Below are positions 1-8,851 of a DNA stretch of 64,000 bases, piece after piece; positions within the stretch are counted from its first letter, which is position 1; every line of letters starts with the position of its first letter. A program made the position numbers and the translations under genes. The notes below the pieces were generated by a model. It searched no databases. It was not told the origin of the DNA and was given only the letters and a program-made list of their open reading frames with translations. Source of the DNA: an uncultured SAR86 cluster bacterium (GTDB lineage Bacteria > Pseudomonadota > Gammaproteobacteria > Magnimaribacterales > D2472); the NCBI GenBank assembly GCA_902538705.1, contig CACBGD010000004.1:6056-70055 (forward strand), given 5' to 3'.

Positions 1-292
1 AGAACTTATTTCCTCCAAGGAGATAAATTGCAATGAAGATCAGTGAAAAATCACACATATGTAACGGAAGTACTTCTCTCCAGTTGTAGGGATCAACAAC
101 AAGATATAGATCACTGTAAGGCGAAAAAAAAGTATGAAATAATGCAAGATATGCAATAACTCTTCCAATCAATTCTTTTTTTGAAGGAAAATACTTATTC
201 GTAATCTTTGGAAAAGCAACCATAACAACAAAAATAAGTGCCAGACCTACTAAATGAGTTGTTCCAAATAAAATAAACTCTTGTCCTTCCAT
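1..292 (-). CDS. Integral membrane protein, N-terminal part only (gene runs off the left edge); TIGR02206/YwaF-like
   Basis: Absent from the ORF track because it is truncated. Reverse-strand ATG at 292-290 is preceded by GGGAGAA. It translates MEGQEFILFGTTHLVGLALIFVVMVAFPKI...REVLPLHMCDFSLIFIAIYLLGGNKF, which is hydrophobic and carries an LPLHxC motif I associate with TIGR02206 (recollection, not searched). Confidence 0.5.
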   Translation of the reverse strand, partial: MEGQEFILFGTTHLVGLALIFVVMVAFPKITNKYFPSKKELIGRVIAYLALFHTFFSPYSDLYLVVDPYNWREVLPLHMCDFSLIFIAIYLLGGNKF

Positions 293-383
293 ATTCTCCC
301 CCAAACTTTAAAAAAAAGCATTGAATTGGTGGTACGAGACAATTATAGTATTTCTAAAAATAAATTTACACAGGAAATAAAAA

Positions 384-896
384 TTGTCACGAGATTGTCT
401 ACTTCTTAATGGGAACGGAAAACCAGTTAGTTTCTTCCCACTTTCCATTATTAATTGGAAAACCGCAATTAAGCTTCTGCTTGCAAGGAATGTGATCTTG
501 ATTAAGTCACATGACAACGAGTATGTAAGATCTCCATCAATTTCCATAGAACTTCCAAGTATTCTAATGCTTAAAAGATTTCATAAATTTCATAATTATG
601 TAAAGTTTTCGAGATCAAACGTCTACTTAAGGGATATGTATACTTGTCAGTATTGTGGAAATATTTTTTCACGGAGTGAATTAACGCTCGATCATGTTAT
701 TCCAAAATGTCAAAATGGACTTACTAATTGGGAAAATGTTGTTACGTCATGCAAATCATGCAACTCTGCAAAAGGTTCAAGCCTCCAGAAACCAATAAGA
801 GAACCATTTAAACCAACTTTTTCACATCTACTGAATGGACACAAAATAGATGAAAACACTTTCCCTGACAGCGAGTGGGCAAAGTATATATTTTAG
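384..896 (+). CDS. HNH endonuclease family protein
   Basis: TTG start. The C-terminal half has CQYCG...LTLDHVIPKCQNGLTNWENVVTSCKSCNSAKG, an HNH His-Me finger flanked by CxxC pairs. Confidence 0.8.
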   Translation: MSRDCLLLNGNGKPVSFFPLSIINWKTAIKLLLARNVILIKSHDNEYVRSPSISIELPSILMLKRFHKFHNYVKFSRSNVYLRDMYTCQYCGNIFSRSELTLDHVIPKCQNGLTNWENVVTSCKSCNSAKGSSLQKPIREPFKPTFSHLLNGHKIDENTFPDSEWAKYIF

Positions 897-2848
897 ATAT
901 TGTTTATAATTATTTGATCCGTAAGGATGGCCGGTAAAATCTTTGGTTTTTCATAACCTGGTTCCCAATAAAGATAGAAAGGTACTCCAGATCTGCCATA
1001 TTTTTTTAAAGATTTTGTAATATCATCATTCCTATTTGTCCAGTCAGCTTTTATATATTCAATATTATTCTTCTCTAAAAGATCTTTAAAATTATCTTTT
1101 GAAAAAGCTGTTATTTCATTGCTTTGACAGGTTATGCACCAGGCAGCTGTAAAGTTTATAAAATAAGGTTGATTTTTATTTCTCAGATCTTCTTCAATTC
1201 CCTCATACCATTCTGTAGCAGATCCAATGATCATATTTTGTTTTGTATCACTATTTTCTATTGAGGGTGAAAAATAAAGCATACTTAAGATAGATATGCC
1301 AAAGATTATTATTTTAATAATTTTTTTCCAATTTTTCAGAAAAATCCAAAAATTTAGAGCTAGTAACAACCAGCCAATCAATAGAAAAATTACAAGGTTT
1401 TGGTCCACTTGAAGAGAAAACACCCAAAATAACCAGATGGCAGTTGCCAGCATTGGAAATGCAAAGAATTCTTTTAAAGTTATCATCCAGTTGCCTGGCT
1501 TTGGTAAGAAGTTTATTAATTTTGGATTTACAGCTAAAAGTAAGTAGGGCAGTGAAAATCCAAGTGACAATGAAAGGAATATTGGTATAGATTCTCCTGA
1601 AGGTTGTATAAGGGCATACCCAAGAGCAGCGCCCATAAAAGGAGCTGTGCATGGTGAAGCAACTACAACAGCTAATACTCCTGTTAAGAAAGAGGAGTAA
1701 TATCCATTTTCATTTCTTTTAAAATTACCAAGTTTTGTAAGAGATTCTCCAAAACTATTTTCAGTAATTAAGACTAGCGAAATTAAAACCATTACCATGC
1801 TAAGTAATCCAACAATTAGTGGAGATTGCAACTGAAAACCCCACCCAACATAATTACCTGCTTGCTTTAACAATACTATTGCAAAAGCTATGGCCATAAA
1901 AGAAGCTATTACACCAAAGGTAAAAACTAAAGCATGATTGCGAATTTTCTTTGACGAGCTTCCTCCCATTGAAACAAAGCTAAGAACTTTGAGAGAAATA
2001 ACAGGAAATACGCAAGGCATCAAGTTGAGAATTAAGCCCCCAAGCAATGCAAATATTAAGGCAGTAATAAGGGAAAGACTTTCCTCATTTAAATTTTCAA
2101 TTTGGCTATTCGCAATTTTATAACCTGTGCCATTGATATCTAATACTCCAGAAATTTTTTGTAGCTCTTCATTGAAAAGATTTATAGAAAGGAAATAACT
2201 ACCATCCTTTTTATAAAAATTTTGTTTTGAAGAATAATCGATTGAACTATTTTCGTCAGGAAAGAAATAAATTTCTCTAATTTCTTTTTCAAAAGTAAAT
2301 CTTATTTCTAAGTTATTATCCGCAATTGAAGCTTTTATTGGAAGGAAATCAGATGGAACTGATTCTAACCATTCATATATTAAAGAATCACTATCAATAT
2401 CTGAGAAGTTTGAAGATATTTTTCCTGATTCTGGTATGCATACGTCAGCACAAATAAGAATATCAGCAGTCATTTCAAAATAATCATTTGAGTAATCTTT
2501 AGGAATTGATAAAACCATTGGATAAATAACAAAATTTTCATATCCAAACGTCATTAATGGTGGATACTCTATCTTTTCTGGAAGTGGCCATTTGATATTA
2601 CTTACAGCAAAACCATCAGGTAAATCCCAATTAACTTCTATTGGCCCACCTGAATCGCCAGGATTTTCCCAATATGTGTGCCAACCCTCATCCATTGAAA
2701 CTTTTAAACCTATATTTAATGAAGTACCTGGAACAAAATCACTATGATCTTTAATAATACTTATTCTTGCATGGCCAACATCAATTGGTTCAGCAATGCT
2801 GCAAAAAGAAGAAAGGAATAACAGAATTGAAAAGATAAATTTATGCAT
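893..2848 (-). CDS. dsbD: Protein-disulfide reductase, DsbD family (ScsB-like long N-terminal domain)
   Basis: Signal peptide and a periplasmic N-domain with GWHTYWENPGDSGGP and CADVC. The membrane core has LMPCVFPV and ASPCTAPF, and there is a C-terminal thioredoxin WCITCQ. I moved the start to Met14 (MHKFIF..., 2848) because codons 1-13 of the track ORF run through the ibpA terminator hairpin. Confidence 0.85.
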   Translation of the reverse strand: MHKFIFSILLFLSSFCSIAEPIDVGHARISIIKDHSDFVPGTSLNIGLKVSMDEGWHTYWENPGDSGGPIEVNWDLPDGFAVSNIKWPLPEKIEYPPLMTFGYENFVIYPMVLSIPKDYSNDYFEMTADILICADVCIPESGKISSNFSDIDSDSLIYEWLESVPSDFLPIKASIADNNLEIRFTFEKEIREIYFFPDENSSIDYSSKQNFYKKDGSYFLSINLFNEELQKISGVLDINGTGYKIANSQIENLNEESLSLITALIFALLGGLILNLMPCVFPVISLKVLSFVSMGGSSSKKIRNHALVFTFGVIASFMAIAFAIVLLKQAGNYVGWGFQLQSPLIVGLLSMVMVLISLVLITENSFGESLTKLGNFKRNENGYYSSFLTGVLAVVVASPCTAPFMGAALGYALIQPSGESIPIFLSLSLGFSLPYLLLAVNPKLINFLPKPGNWMITLKEFFAFPMLATAIWLFWVFSLQVDQNLVIFLLIGWLLLALNFWIFLKNWKKIIKIIIFGISILSMLYFSPSIENSDTKQNMIIGSATEWYEGIEEDLRNKNQPYFINFTAAWCITCQSNEITAFSKDNFKDLLEKNNIEYIKADWTNRNDDITKSLKKYGRSGVPFYLYWEPGYEKPKILPAILTDQIIINNI

Positions 2849-2854
2849 ATTTAA

Positions 2855-2883
2855 TAAAAAATGGGGCATTAAGCCCCATTTTC
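2855..2883 (-). terminator. Rho-independent terminator of ibpA
   Basis: The minus strand reads AATGGGGC-TTAAT-GCCCCATT followed by TTTTTT, starting a few nt after the ibpA stop codon (2890-2892). Confidence 0.7.
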
Positions 2884-2889
2884 TCATAC

Positions 2890-3339
2890 TTATTTTTTGC
2901 CTAAAATCCTTTTAGGAGATTTAATTTCAATTTTTTTAGGTTTTTTCTCATCTGGAATTATTTTCTCTAAATATAGAGTAAGCAGTCCATTTATGAGTTC
3001 TGCACCTTTAACAACTACATCATCAGATAATGTAAATTGTTGCTGAAATGCTCTCTGTGCAATCCCCTGATAGATAAGATCATTACTGCCGTTTACTACT
3101 TGGGTATTTGGTCCAGCATATGATATTGATAGTATCCCATCAGCAAGCTCTATATCGAGATCTTCTTTAGAAAGACCTGCAACAGCAACTTCAACAAAAA
3201 TATCATTACCATCTCGCCTAATGTTATATGGCGGATAAGATGATCTAGATGAAGATTCTGATAGAGTTTGCAGCCTATCAAAAAGGGATTCAAATCCTAA
3301 GACTCTTGTTGAGAAAAATGGATCAGTAAAATTTAACAT
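2890..3339 (-). CDS. ibpA: Small heat-shock protein, Hsp20/IbpA family
   Basis: 149 aa with an alpha-crystallin domain pattern: YPPYNI....D...I..AVAGL.KEDLDIEL..G.L.I. A strong GGAGG RBS sits upstream. Confidence 0.9.
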   Translation of the reverse strand: MLNFTDPFFSTRVLGFESLFDRLQTLSESSSRSSYPPYNIRRDGNDIFVEVAVAGLSKEDLDIELADGILSISYAGPNTQVVNGSNDLIYQGIAQRAFQQQFTLSDDVVVKGAELINGLLTLYLEKIIPDEKKPKKIEIKSPKRILGKK

Positions 3340-3536
3340 AATAGTCCTCCTTAGCGACTAATAAGCATCCTAAATGGCATGCTTGGTTAATAATATGTAA
3401 GCCCTTATGGCACTTACATGACTTATTTATGATTAAAAGTGAAAAATTCAATTAAAATTAGAAATTTTTATTACAAAACATCAAGAAATAACTACAATAA
3501 ATGGAACTTAATAAATAATTTTCAATCTATATCAAT

Positions 3537-3959
3537 ATGAATAAAAAATACAAACCACAAAAACTTTTGTTGATGTTTTCACTATTTTTGAGCTTCTATT
3601 CATTTTCGAGTGATGACTCAATTGAAGTGGGCCAAATATGGAAATTAAATGTTACTAGTAATGGATCTTTAAATGGTTCCGGAGAGGTTCTTTATCAAAT
3701 TGCTTCAGATGCATATCATACTCATAGAGCAAGAATATTTAATGATTGGGACGTTTTTTCAGCCGTCGATTCAAGAGACCTTATAAGGCTAAGAAAGGGG
3801 TACACAATCGAAATCACTGAAAAACTTTACTCGAATGAGGTTGTTAAAGTTAAACTTCTCGATGGAAGAAATAAAGGTGAATTATATTATGCAATAGCAG
3901 ATGATTTATCAAAGAAATACTTATTAGAAGATCAAGAAAAAGAGAATGAAGATATTTAA
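3537..3959 (+). CDS. Hypothetical secreted protein
   Basis: N-terminal signal peptide (LLLMFSLFLSFYSFSS). No motif recognised. Overlaps the next gene by 14 nt. Confidence 0.5.
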   Translation: MNKKYKPQKLLLMFSLFLSFYSFSSDDSIEVGQIWKLNVTSNGSLNGSGEVLYQIASDAYHTHRARIFNDWDVFSAVDSRDLIRLRKGYTIEITEKLYSNEVVKVKLLDGRNKGELYYAIADDLSKKYLLEDQEKENEDI

Positions 3960-4404
3960 AAGCTTTAGCATCCTGTTGATTATGATCTTGGGTATTTCTT
4001 GTTCCATGACCGATTATAAACCTGAGTCAATCTCAAAATATCAAGCAGGGAAAATAGAAACAGTACTGATAGGGACAATCCTCCAACTAGAATCTGTAAT
4101 TATTGAGGGAGATAGAGATTTAGGAGCATCAGCAGGGGCTGCAGTTGGTGCTGATCTTGGTTCTGATAATGACAAAGCACCAGTTGCTGCAGGGGTTATA
4201 GGAGCCTTGATAGGCTCAGCTGTTGGAGCTGAAATTGGATCTAAGGTTAATGAAAAAAGAGCAATTGAGCTTACTATTGAATTAGATAACGGGAAAATTA
4301 TTTCTATTGTGCAAGAAGTGTCAGAAAAGTATAGCTTTTTTGAGGGTCAAAAAGTCAAGATAGTTAAGTCGAACTATAGAAGTCGAGTTCAGCCATTTAA
4401 TTAA
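3946..4404 (+). CDS. slyB: Outer-membrane lipoprotein, SlyB-like (glycine-zipper)
   Basis: Lipobox LGISC. A Gly/Ala zipper (GASAGAAVGADLGS...AAGVIGALIGSAVGAEIGS) is followed by ELTIELDNGKIISIVQE...GQKVKIV. The whole protein is colinear with my recollection of E. coli SlyB. Confidence 0.65.
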   Translation: MKIFKSFSILLIMILGISCSMTDYKPESISKYQAGKIETVLIGTILQLESVIIEGDRDLGASAGAAVGADLGSDNDKAPVAAGVIGALIGSAVGAEIGSKVNEKRAIELTIELDNGKIISIVQEVSEKYSFFEGQKVKIVKSNYRSRVQPFN

Positions 4405-4835
4405 TGGCATCTGCCGGAGTCTATAACAAAGCTTTAGATCTTTTATCAAGAAGAGAGCATTCTCGCAAAGAACTTTATATTAAGCTAACAAAACGCTTTG
4501 ACTGCAAAGATGAAATTAATCTAACTTTAGATCAACTAGAAGAAAATAATCTTTTGTGTGATTCTCGATTCACTGAAGAATATGTTCATTCAAGAAGAAG
4601 AAAAGGGTTTGGACCAGTAAAAATTTCAATGGAACTTGAAAAAAAAGGTGTCAAAGACTCATTAATATCAAGTGAAATAGATAAGTTCAATGATTGGGAC
4701 AAATTGGCAGAATTATCTTTCAAAAAAAGATTTCCAGATGGTGCAAGTAAAAACTTTAAAGAGCTTCAAAAACAAAAAAACTTTCTTACTAATAAAGGGT
4801 TTAGTTTTTATCAAATTGAATCAGTTTTAGACTAG
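4404..4835 (+). CDS. recX: Recombination regulator RecX
   Basis: 143 aa. ALDLLSRREHSRKELYIKL and repeated helical modules are typical of RecX. The start overlaps the slyB-like stop (TAATG). Confidence 0.8.
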   Translation: MASAGVYNKALDLLSRREHSRKELYIKLTKRFDCKDEINLTLDQLEENNLLCDSRFTEEYVHSRRRKGFGPVKISMELEKKGVKDSLISSEIDKFNDWDKLAELSFKKRFPDGASKNFKELQKQKNFLTNKGFSFYQIESVLD

Positions 4836-4857
4836 TACATGGTATTATTTGGTACGT

Positions 4858-6417
4858 ATGTCCTATCAAGTCCTTGCAAGAAAATATAGACCTAACTCCT
4901 TTGATGAAGTAATTGGACAGGATCATGTTGTCCAAGTAATTAAGAACAGTATTGAGCAGGAAAGAGTTCATCAAGCTTTTCTTTTTAGCGGAACAAGAGG
5001 CATAGGAAAGACTTCAATTGCAAGGCTCCTTGCTAAGTCCCTTAACTGCATGTCATCTGATTCGCCAACTCCACAGCCATGTAATAAATGCGAGTCATCT
5101 AAAGCTATTCAAGAAGGAAAAAGTATAGATTTTCTTGAGATAGATGCTGCTTCGAGAACTGGAGTTGAACATATGAGAGAGCTTCTTTCATCTGTTCATA
5201 CATCACCAAGTATCTCAAGATTTAAAATCTTCTTAATAGATGAGGTGCATATGCTATCCAAGGGAAGCTTTAATGCTCTATTAAAAACGTTAGAGGAGCC
5301 ACCTAGCCACGTAATTTTTCTTATGGCAACCACAGATCCTGAAAGAATTCCCAAAACGGTAATTTCAAGATGTCTCCAGCTGAATCTTAAAACTGTTTCG
5401 AGAGATGAGCTTCACGATCACTTCAAACAAATATGTAAAAAAGAAGAAATTGAATCAGATAATGAATCAATCTCTTTAGTTGCTAAGGCGGCAGAAGGAT
5501 CTGTTCGAGACGGCTTAACGCTGCTTGATCAAGCTATTGCTCACGGCAATGGGAAACTAATTGCTGAAAACGTCAAAAATCTCCTAGGAACTATTGACGA
5601 TAGCTTAATTCATGAACTACTTGATTCTATAACTGATGGGAGAAAAGAAGATGCATTTAGAACTCTTAATGAGATTGAAAAACTGAATCCGGATTATGAG
5701 GCCCTGCTTAAAGACCTAATTTCAAATATTCATAAAATCTCTCTCCACCAAGTTCTTGAAGACTCAAGTAAGGAGTCAATAGTAAATATCGCATCAAAGA
5801 TTGATGCAGAGTACTGTCAGTTAATATATGAAATAGGCCTAAACTCCTTCCAAAAGATTCATACACATCCTTCACCAAGAGAGGCTATAGAAATGTGTTT
5901 ATTGCGAATGTTAGCATTTCAGCCTGTTCAAAATATGAATAAAGGCGAAAACAAGATTCAAAAAAAAAAGACCTATAGGGTCTCAGAAAAGGTAGATAAA
6001 AAAAAAGAATACCATCTAAATGAACATATTAAAGAAAGTCATAAGATAAATTCTTCTTCCTGGCACGATTTATTTAATGGCATGCAGCTTTCATCATTTG
6101 CAAAGAATTATTTTGGTAATCTCTCATTTATAAAATTAAATGATCAAAAGATATTTTTATGCGGATCAAAAGATCAGCTAGATATTCCTGAGGCAATTAT
6201 GAATGAATTCGAAGATAAAATTAAAGCGAAATTTGGCAAAATTGAAGTTAAACTTCAGGAGGGCATTTCTTTATCTTCACCAAACAAAATCAATGAAGAA
6301 AATAAATTAAAAGATATTGAAAACTCGAAAATTGAACTATCAAATGACTCTGAAATTAAAGATTTTCTTGATGAGTTCGATGGCGAAATAGAGGTTGTTA
6401 CTAAAATAAAAAATTAG
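4858..6417 (+). CDS. dnaX: DNA polymerase III subunit tau (and probably gamma by frameshifting)
   Basis: The ATG at 4858 gives MSYQVLARKYRP, the canonical DnaX N-terminus. The track ORF starts 9 nt earlier at a TTG. Walker A is GTRGIGKTS, the zinc module is CMSSDSPTPQPCNKC, and the sensor motif is SRC. Confidence 0.93.
   Translation: MSYQVLARKYRPNSFDEVIGQDHVVQVIKNSIEQERVHQAFLFSGTRGIGKTSIARLLAKSLNCMSSDSPTPQPCNKCESSKAIQEGKSIDFLEIDAASRTGVEHMRELLSSVHTSPSISRFKIFLIDEVHMLSKGSFNALLKTLEEPPSHVIFLMATTDPERIPKTVISRCLQLNLKTVSRDELHDHFKQICKKEEIESDNESISLVAKAAEGSVRDGLTLLDQAIAHGNGKLIAENVKNLLGTIDDSLIHELLDSITDGRKEDAFRTLNEIEKLNPDYEALLKDLISNIHKISLHQVLEDSSKESIVNIASKIDAEYCQLIYEIGLNSFQKIHTHPSPREAIEMCLLRMLAFQPVQNMNKGENKIQKKKTYRVSEKVDKKKEYHLNEHIKESHKINSSSWHDLFNGMQLSSFAKNYFGNLSFIKLNDQKIFLCGSKDQLDIPEAIMNEFEDKIKAKFGKIEVKLQEGISLSSPNKINEENKLKDIENSKIELSNDSEIKDFLDEFDGEIEVVTKIKN
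5964..5978 (+). other. Candidate -1 programmed ribosomal frameshift site (A AAA AAG, then -1 frame GAC CTA TAG)
   Basis: The in-frame codons are CAA AAA AAA AAG ACC TAT AGG. The heptamer is at 5964-5970 and the -1 frame stop TAG at 5976-5978. See the matching finding. Confidence 0.5.
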
Positions 6418-6419
6418 AG

Positions 6420-7016
6420 ATGAGTTCCGATTTATTAAATAAACTAATAAAATCTTTAACAGTTCTTCCTGGAGTGGGAAAGAAATCTGCTCAGAGAATG
6501 GCCTTATATCTTCTCGATAAGAATAAAAGTGGTGCTAAAGAAATTGCTAGTTCTCTTAATGATGCGCTTGAAAACATTCAAAGATGTAAGTCATGCAGAA
6601 TGTTAACAACAAATGATTTATGTCATGTATGTGAAGACGAAACAAGAGATCCAAAATGTATTTGTGTAGTCGAAAACCCATCTGATCTTTTAGCAATAGA
6701 ATCTACAGGAGGATATAAAGGGAGATATTTTGTCTTAATGGGAAGGCTCTCCCCTCTGGATAACTTAGGTCCGGATGATCTTGGAATACCTCAACTCCTA
6801 GAGAAAATTAAGGAAGAAAGTGTAGAAGAAATAATTCTTGCGCTTAGCTCAACTGTTGAGGGCGATGCAACAGCAATATTTATTAAAGATCATGTTGAGA
6901 ACATTAAGGTTTCTAGAATTTCCTATGGCATTCCCATTGGAGGAGAGTTAGAGTATGTAGACAGTAATACAATAGCAAGATCGATAATGAGTAGGGTTGA
7001 GATTAATGACGATTAA
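6420..7016 (+). CDS. recR: Recombination protein RecR
   Basis: HhH motif [12 protein letters not shown]4 zinc finger [16 protein letters not shown], and a Toprim segment [12 protein letters not shown]. Confidence 0.93.
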   Translation: MSSDLLNKLIKSLTVLPGVGKKSAQRMALYLLDKNKSGAKEIASSLNDALENIQRCKSCRMLTTNDLCHVCEDETRDPKCICVVENPSDLLAIESTGGYKGRYFVLMGRLSPLDNLGPDDLGIPQLLEKIKEESVEEIILALSSTVEGDATAIFIKDHVENIKVSRISYGIPIGGELEYVDSNTIARSIMSRVEINDD

Positions 7017-7575
7017 ATCAGATAAGTGGATCAGAAAGATGGCAGTTGAGCATGGTATGATTGAGCCATTTCAAGAGGACCAAGTAAGATATTCTGATGA
7101 TAATTCAAGACTTATATCATATGGTCTCTCAAGCTATGGATATGATGTTAGGTGTGCAAATGAATTTAAAGTATTCACTAACATTCATTCTGCTGTCGTA
7201 GATCCTAAATCTTTTGATGCAAAAAGCTTTGTAGATATTAATTCAGAGGTTTGTGTAATACCTCCAAACTCTTTTGCTTTGGCAAGAACAGTAGAGTATT
7301 TTAGGATTCCAAGAGACGTGCTAACTATTTGCCTTGGTAAATCGACTTATGCAAGATGTGGAATTATTGTCAATGTAACTCCCCTTGAACCTGAGTGGGA
7401 AGGTCATGTCACTCTCGAGTTTTCTAATACAAGTAATTTACCAGCAAAAATATATGCTGGTGAGGGCGTAGCTCAAATGATTTTTCACCAATCCGATGAA
7501 GAATGTGAAGTTAGTTACAAGGATAGAGATGGAAAATATCAGGGTCAAACCGGAGTGACATTACCCAAAACTTAG
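7006..7575 (+). CDS. dcd: dCTP deaminase
   Basis: [13 protein letters not shown]...SSYGYDVR...[10 protein letters not shown]...[13 protein letters not shown] matches the Dcd pattern. The likely start is the second Met of the track ORF. Confidence 0.9.
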   Translation: MTIKSDKWIRKMAVEHGMIEPFQEDQVRYSDDNSRLISYGLSSYGYDVRCANEFKVFTNIHSAVVDPKSFDAKSFVDINSEVCVIPPNSFALARTVEYFRIPRDVLTICLGKSTYARCGIIVNVTPLEPEWEGHVTLEFSNTSNLPAKIYAGEGVAQMIFHQSDEECEVSYKDRDGKYQGQTGVTLPKT

Positions 7576-8262
7576 TATTTTCTCTGCTTCAATTGAAAGC
7601 ATTCTTTCTTTTCTTTCATCTAGGACCTTAATTAAAATGAAATCCAGAGTTTTTGCTACATAGTATAGAGTTTTTCTATTATTACTCTTCCTTTCGAGAA
7701 TAATACATGGATATTTAGTATTTTTAATTTCGAGCACTTCCTCACCCACTGTTGAGTAAGAACTCTTATAGATAAGGCCCTCATCAAGCTTTATCAAATT
7801 AATATCAAAGCTGGTAAGACCATTCTTAACATTGTCTCTAATTTGGAACGCACTGGACAGAGGATCAAGCGGAATGGATTCACCCAAAAAATCTATAACC
7901 CAATTCACATCCCCGGAAGAGGTTATTTTTTGATTTTTAAAATCATAATTTATAGTTTGTTTCAATTCACCTCTAAGAGGTGCCTTTATATTTTGAGAAT
8001 AATATTGAGGAAAGATTTTTGAATTAAGGTATTTAAATTCTGCTTCTTGATTTAGCTCAGCATTGAGCACTCTATTTTTACCAGAAAAGATAATATGATA
8101 TGAATCATTATCTTTAATCGTCAGCTTTTTAATTCCATTAAGTGAAATTACGTTTTTAATTTTAAACCTTATCTCATACTCATAAATATTATTATTAGCA
8201 GATAAAAAAGTTCCCATGCCTAAAAGCATTATTGATAAAAGATACCTATTTAAATTTCTCAT
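7561..8262 (-). CDS. Hypothetical exported protein (DUF3108-like, by position downstream of purN)
   Basis: Has a signal peptide. The family call rests mainly on remembered synteny (purM-purN-DUF3108 in gammaproteobacteria). Confidence 0.4.
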   Translation of the reverse strand: MRNLNRYLLSIMLLGMGTFLSANNNIYEYEIRFKIKNVISLNGIKKLTIKDNDSYHIIFSGKNRVLNAELNQEAEFKYLNSKIFPQYYSQNIKAPLRGELKQTINYDFKNQKITSSGDVNWVIDFLGESIPLDPLSSAFQIRDNVKNGLTSFDINLIKLDEGLIYKSSYSTVGEEVLEIKNTKYPCIILERKSNNRKTLYYVAKTLDFILIKVLDERKERMLSIEAEKILSFG

Positions 8263-8851
8263 AAATAATTTTCTCTGTATTTATTGTTCCATCGGCAAAC
8301 TTTGAAACTACCATCGGAAGCATAACATGTTCTATTCTATGAATTCTTGTTTTAATTTCTTCATATGTTTCATTAGCATTAACAGGCATTTCGCCTTGAG
8401 CAATAATTTCACCGCCGTCTAAAACTTCATTTACATAATGAATCGTCACACCATGCTTTAAATCTCCATTTTTTATAACCATATTATGAGTATCTAAACC
8501 CGGATATTTTGGTAACAATGAAGGATGAATATTAATAATTTTATTTTTAAAAGTTTTAGTCATTACAGATGAAAGTATTCTCATAAATCCTGCAAGCACT
8601 ATCAAATCAGGATTAGAATCTTTTAATTTCTCCACAAGCGCTTTATCAAAATCTTCACGAGTTTTGAATCTTTTGTTATCAACGATCTTGAAATCAATAG
8701 AATGATTTTTTGCTCTTTCAATACCATATGCACTCGGGTTATTGCTTATGACAAGATCAATTGATCCATTTATGATTTTATTTTTGCAAGCATTAATAAG
8801 AGCTTCAAGATTTGAGCCATTTCCTGAGATTAAAACTACTATCTTGAACAT
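8246..8851 (-). CDS. purN: Phosphoribosylglycinamide formyltransferase
   Basis: Contains VVLISGNGSNLEALI, LAGFMRIL and NIHPSLLPKYPG. Confidence 0.93.
   Translation of the reverse strand: MFKIVVLISGNGSNLEALINACKNKIINGSIDLVISNNPSAYGIERAKNHSIDFKIVDNKRFKTREDFDKALVEKLKDSNPDLIVLAGFMRILSSVMTKTFKNKIINIHPSLLPKYPGLDTHNMVIKNGDLKHGVTIHYVNEVLDGGEIIAQGEMPVNANETYEEIKTRIHRIEHVMLPMVVSKFADGTINTEKIIYEKFK

Noticed and set aside
384-896. Stand-alone HNH endonuclease as part of a restriction or defence system.
   Set aside because: No methyltransferase, helicase, ATPase or other defence partner is adjacent. The neighbours are a membrane protein and dsbD. This small HNH family is widespread as a solitary gene.
2849-2887. 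N-terminal 13 codons of the 664-aa DsbD track ORF.
   Set aside because: This stretch is the ibpA terminator hairpin (AATGGGGC/GCCCCATT plus T-run). Met14 followed by a signal peptide is the plausible start.
5998-6006. The second A9 run in dnaX as the primary frameshift site.
   Set aside because: It lacks the exact A AAA AAG heptamer, and its -1 stop is six codons away. I keep it only as a secondary possibility under the dnaX finding.
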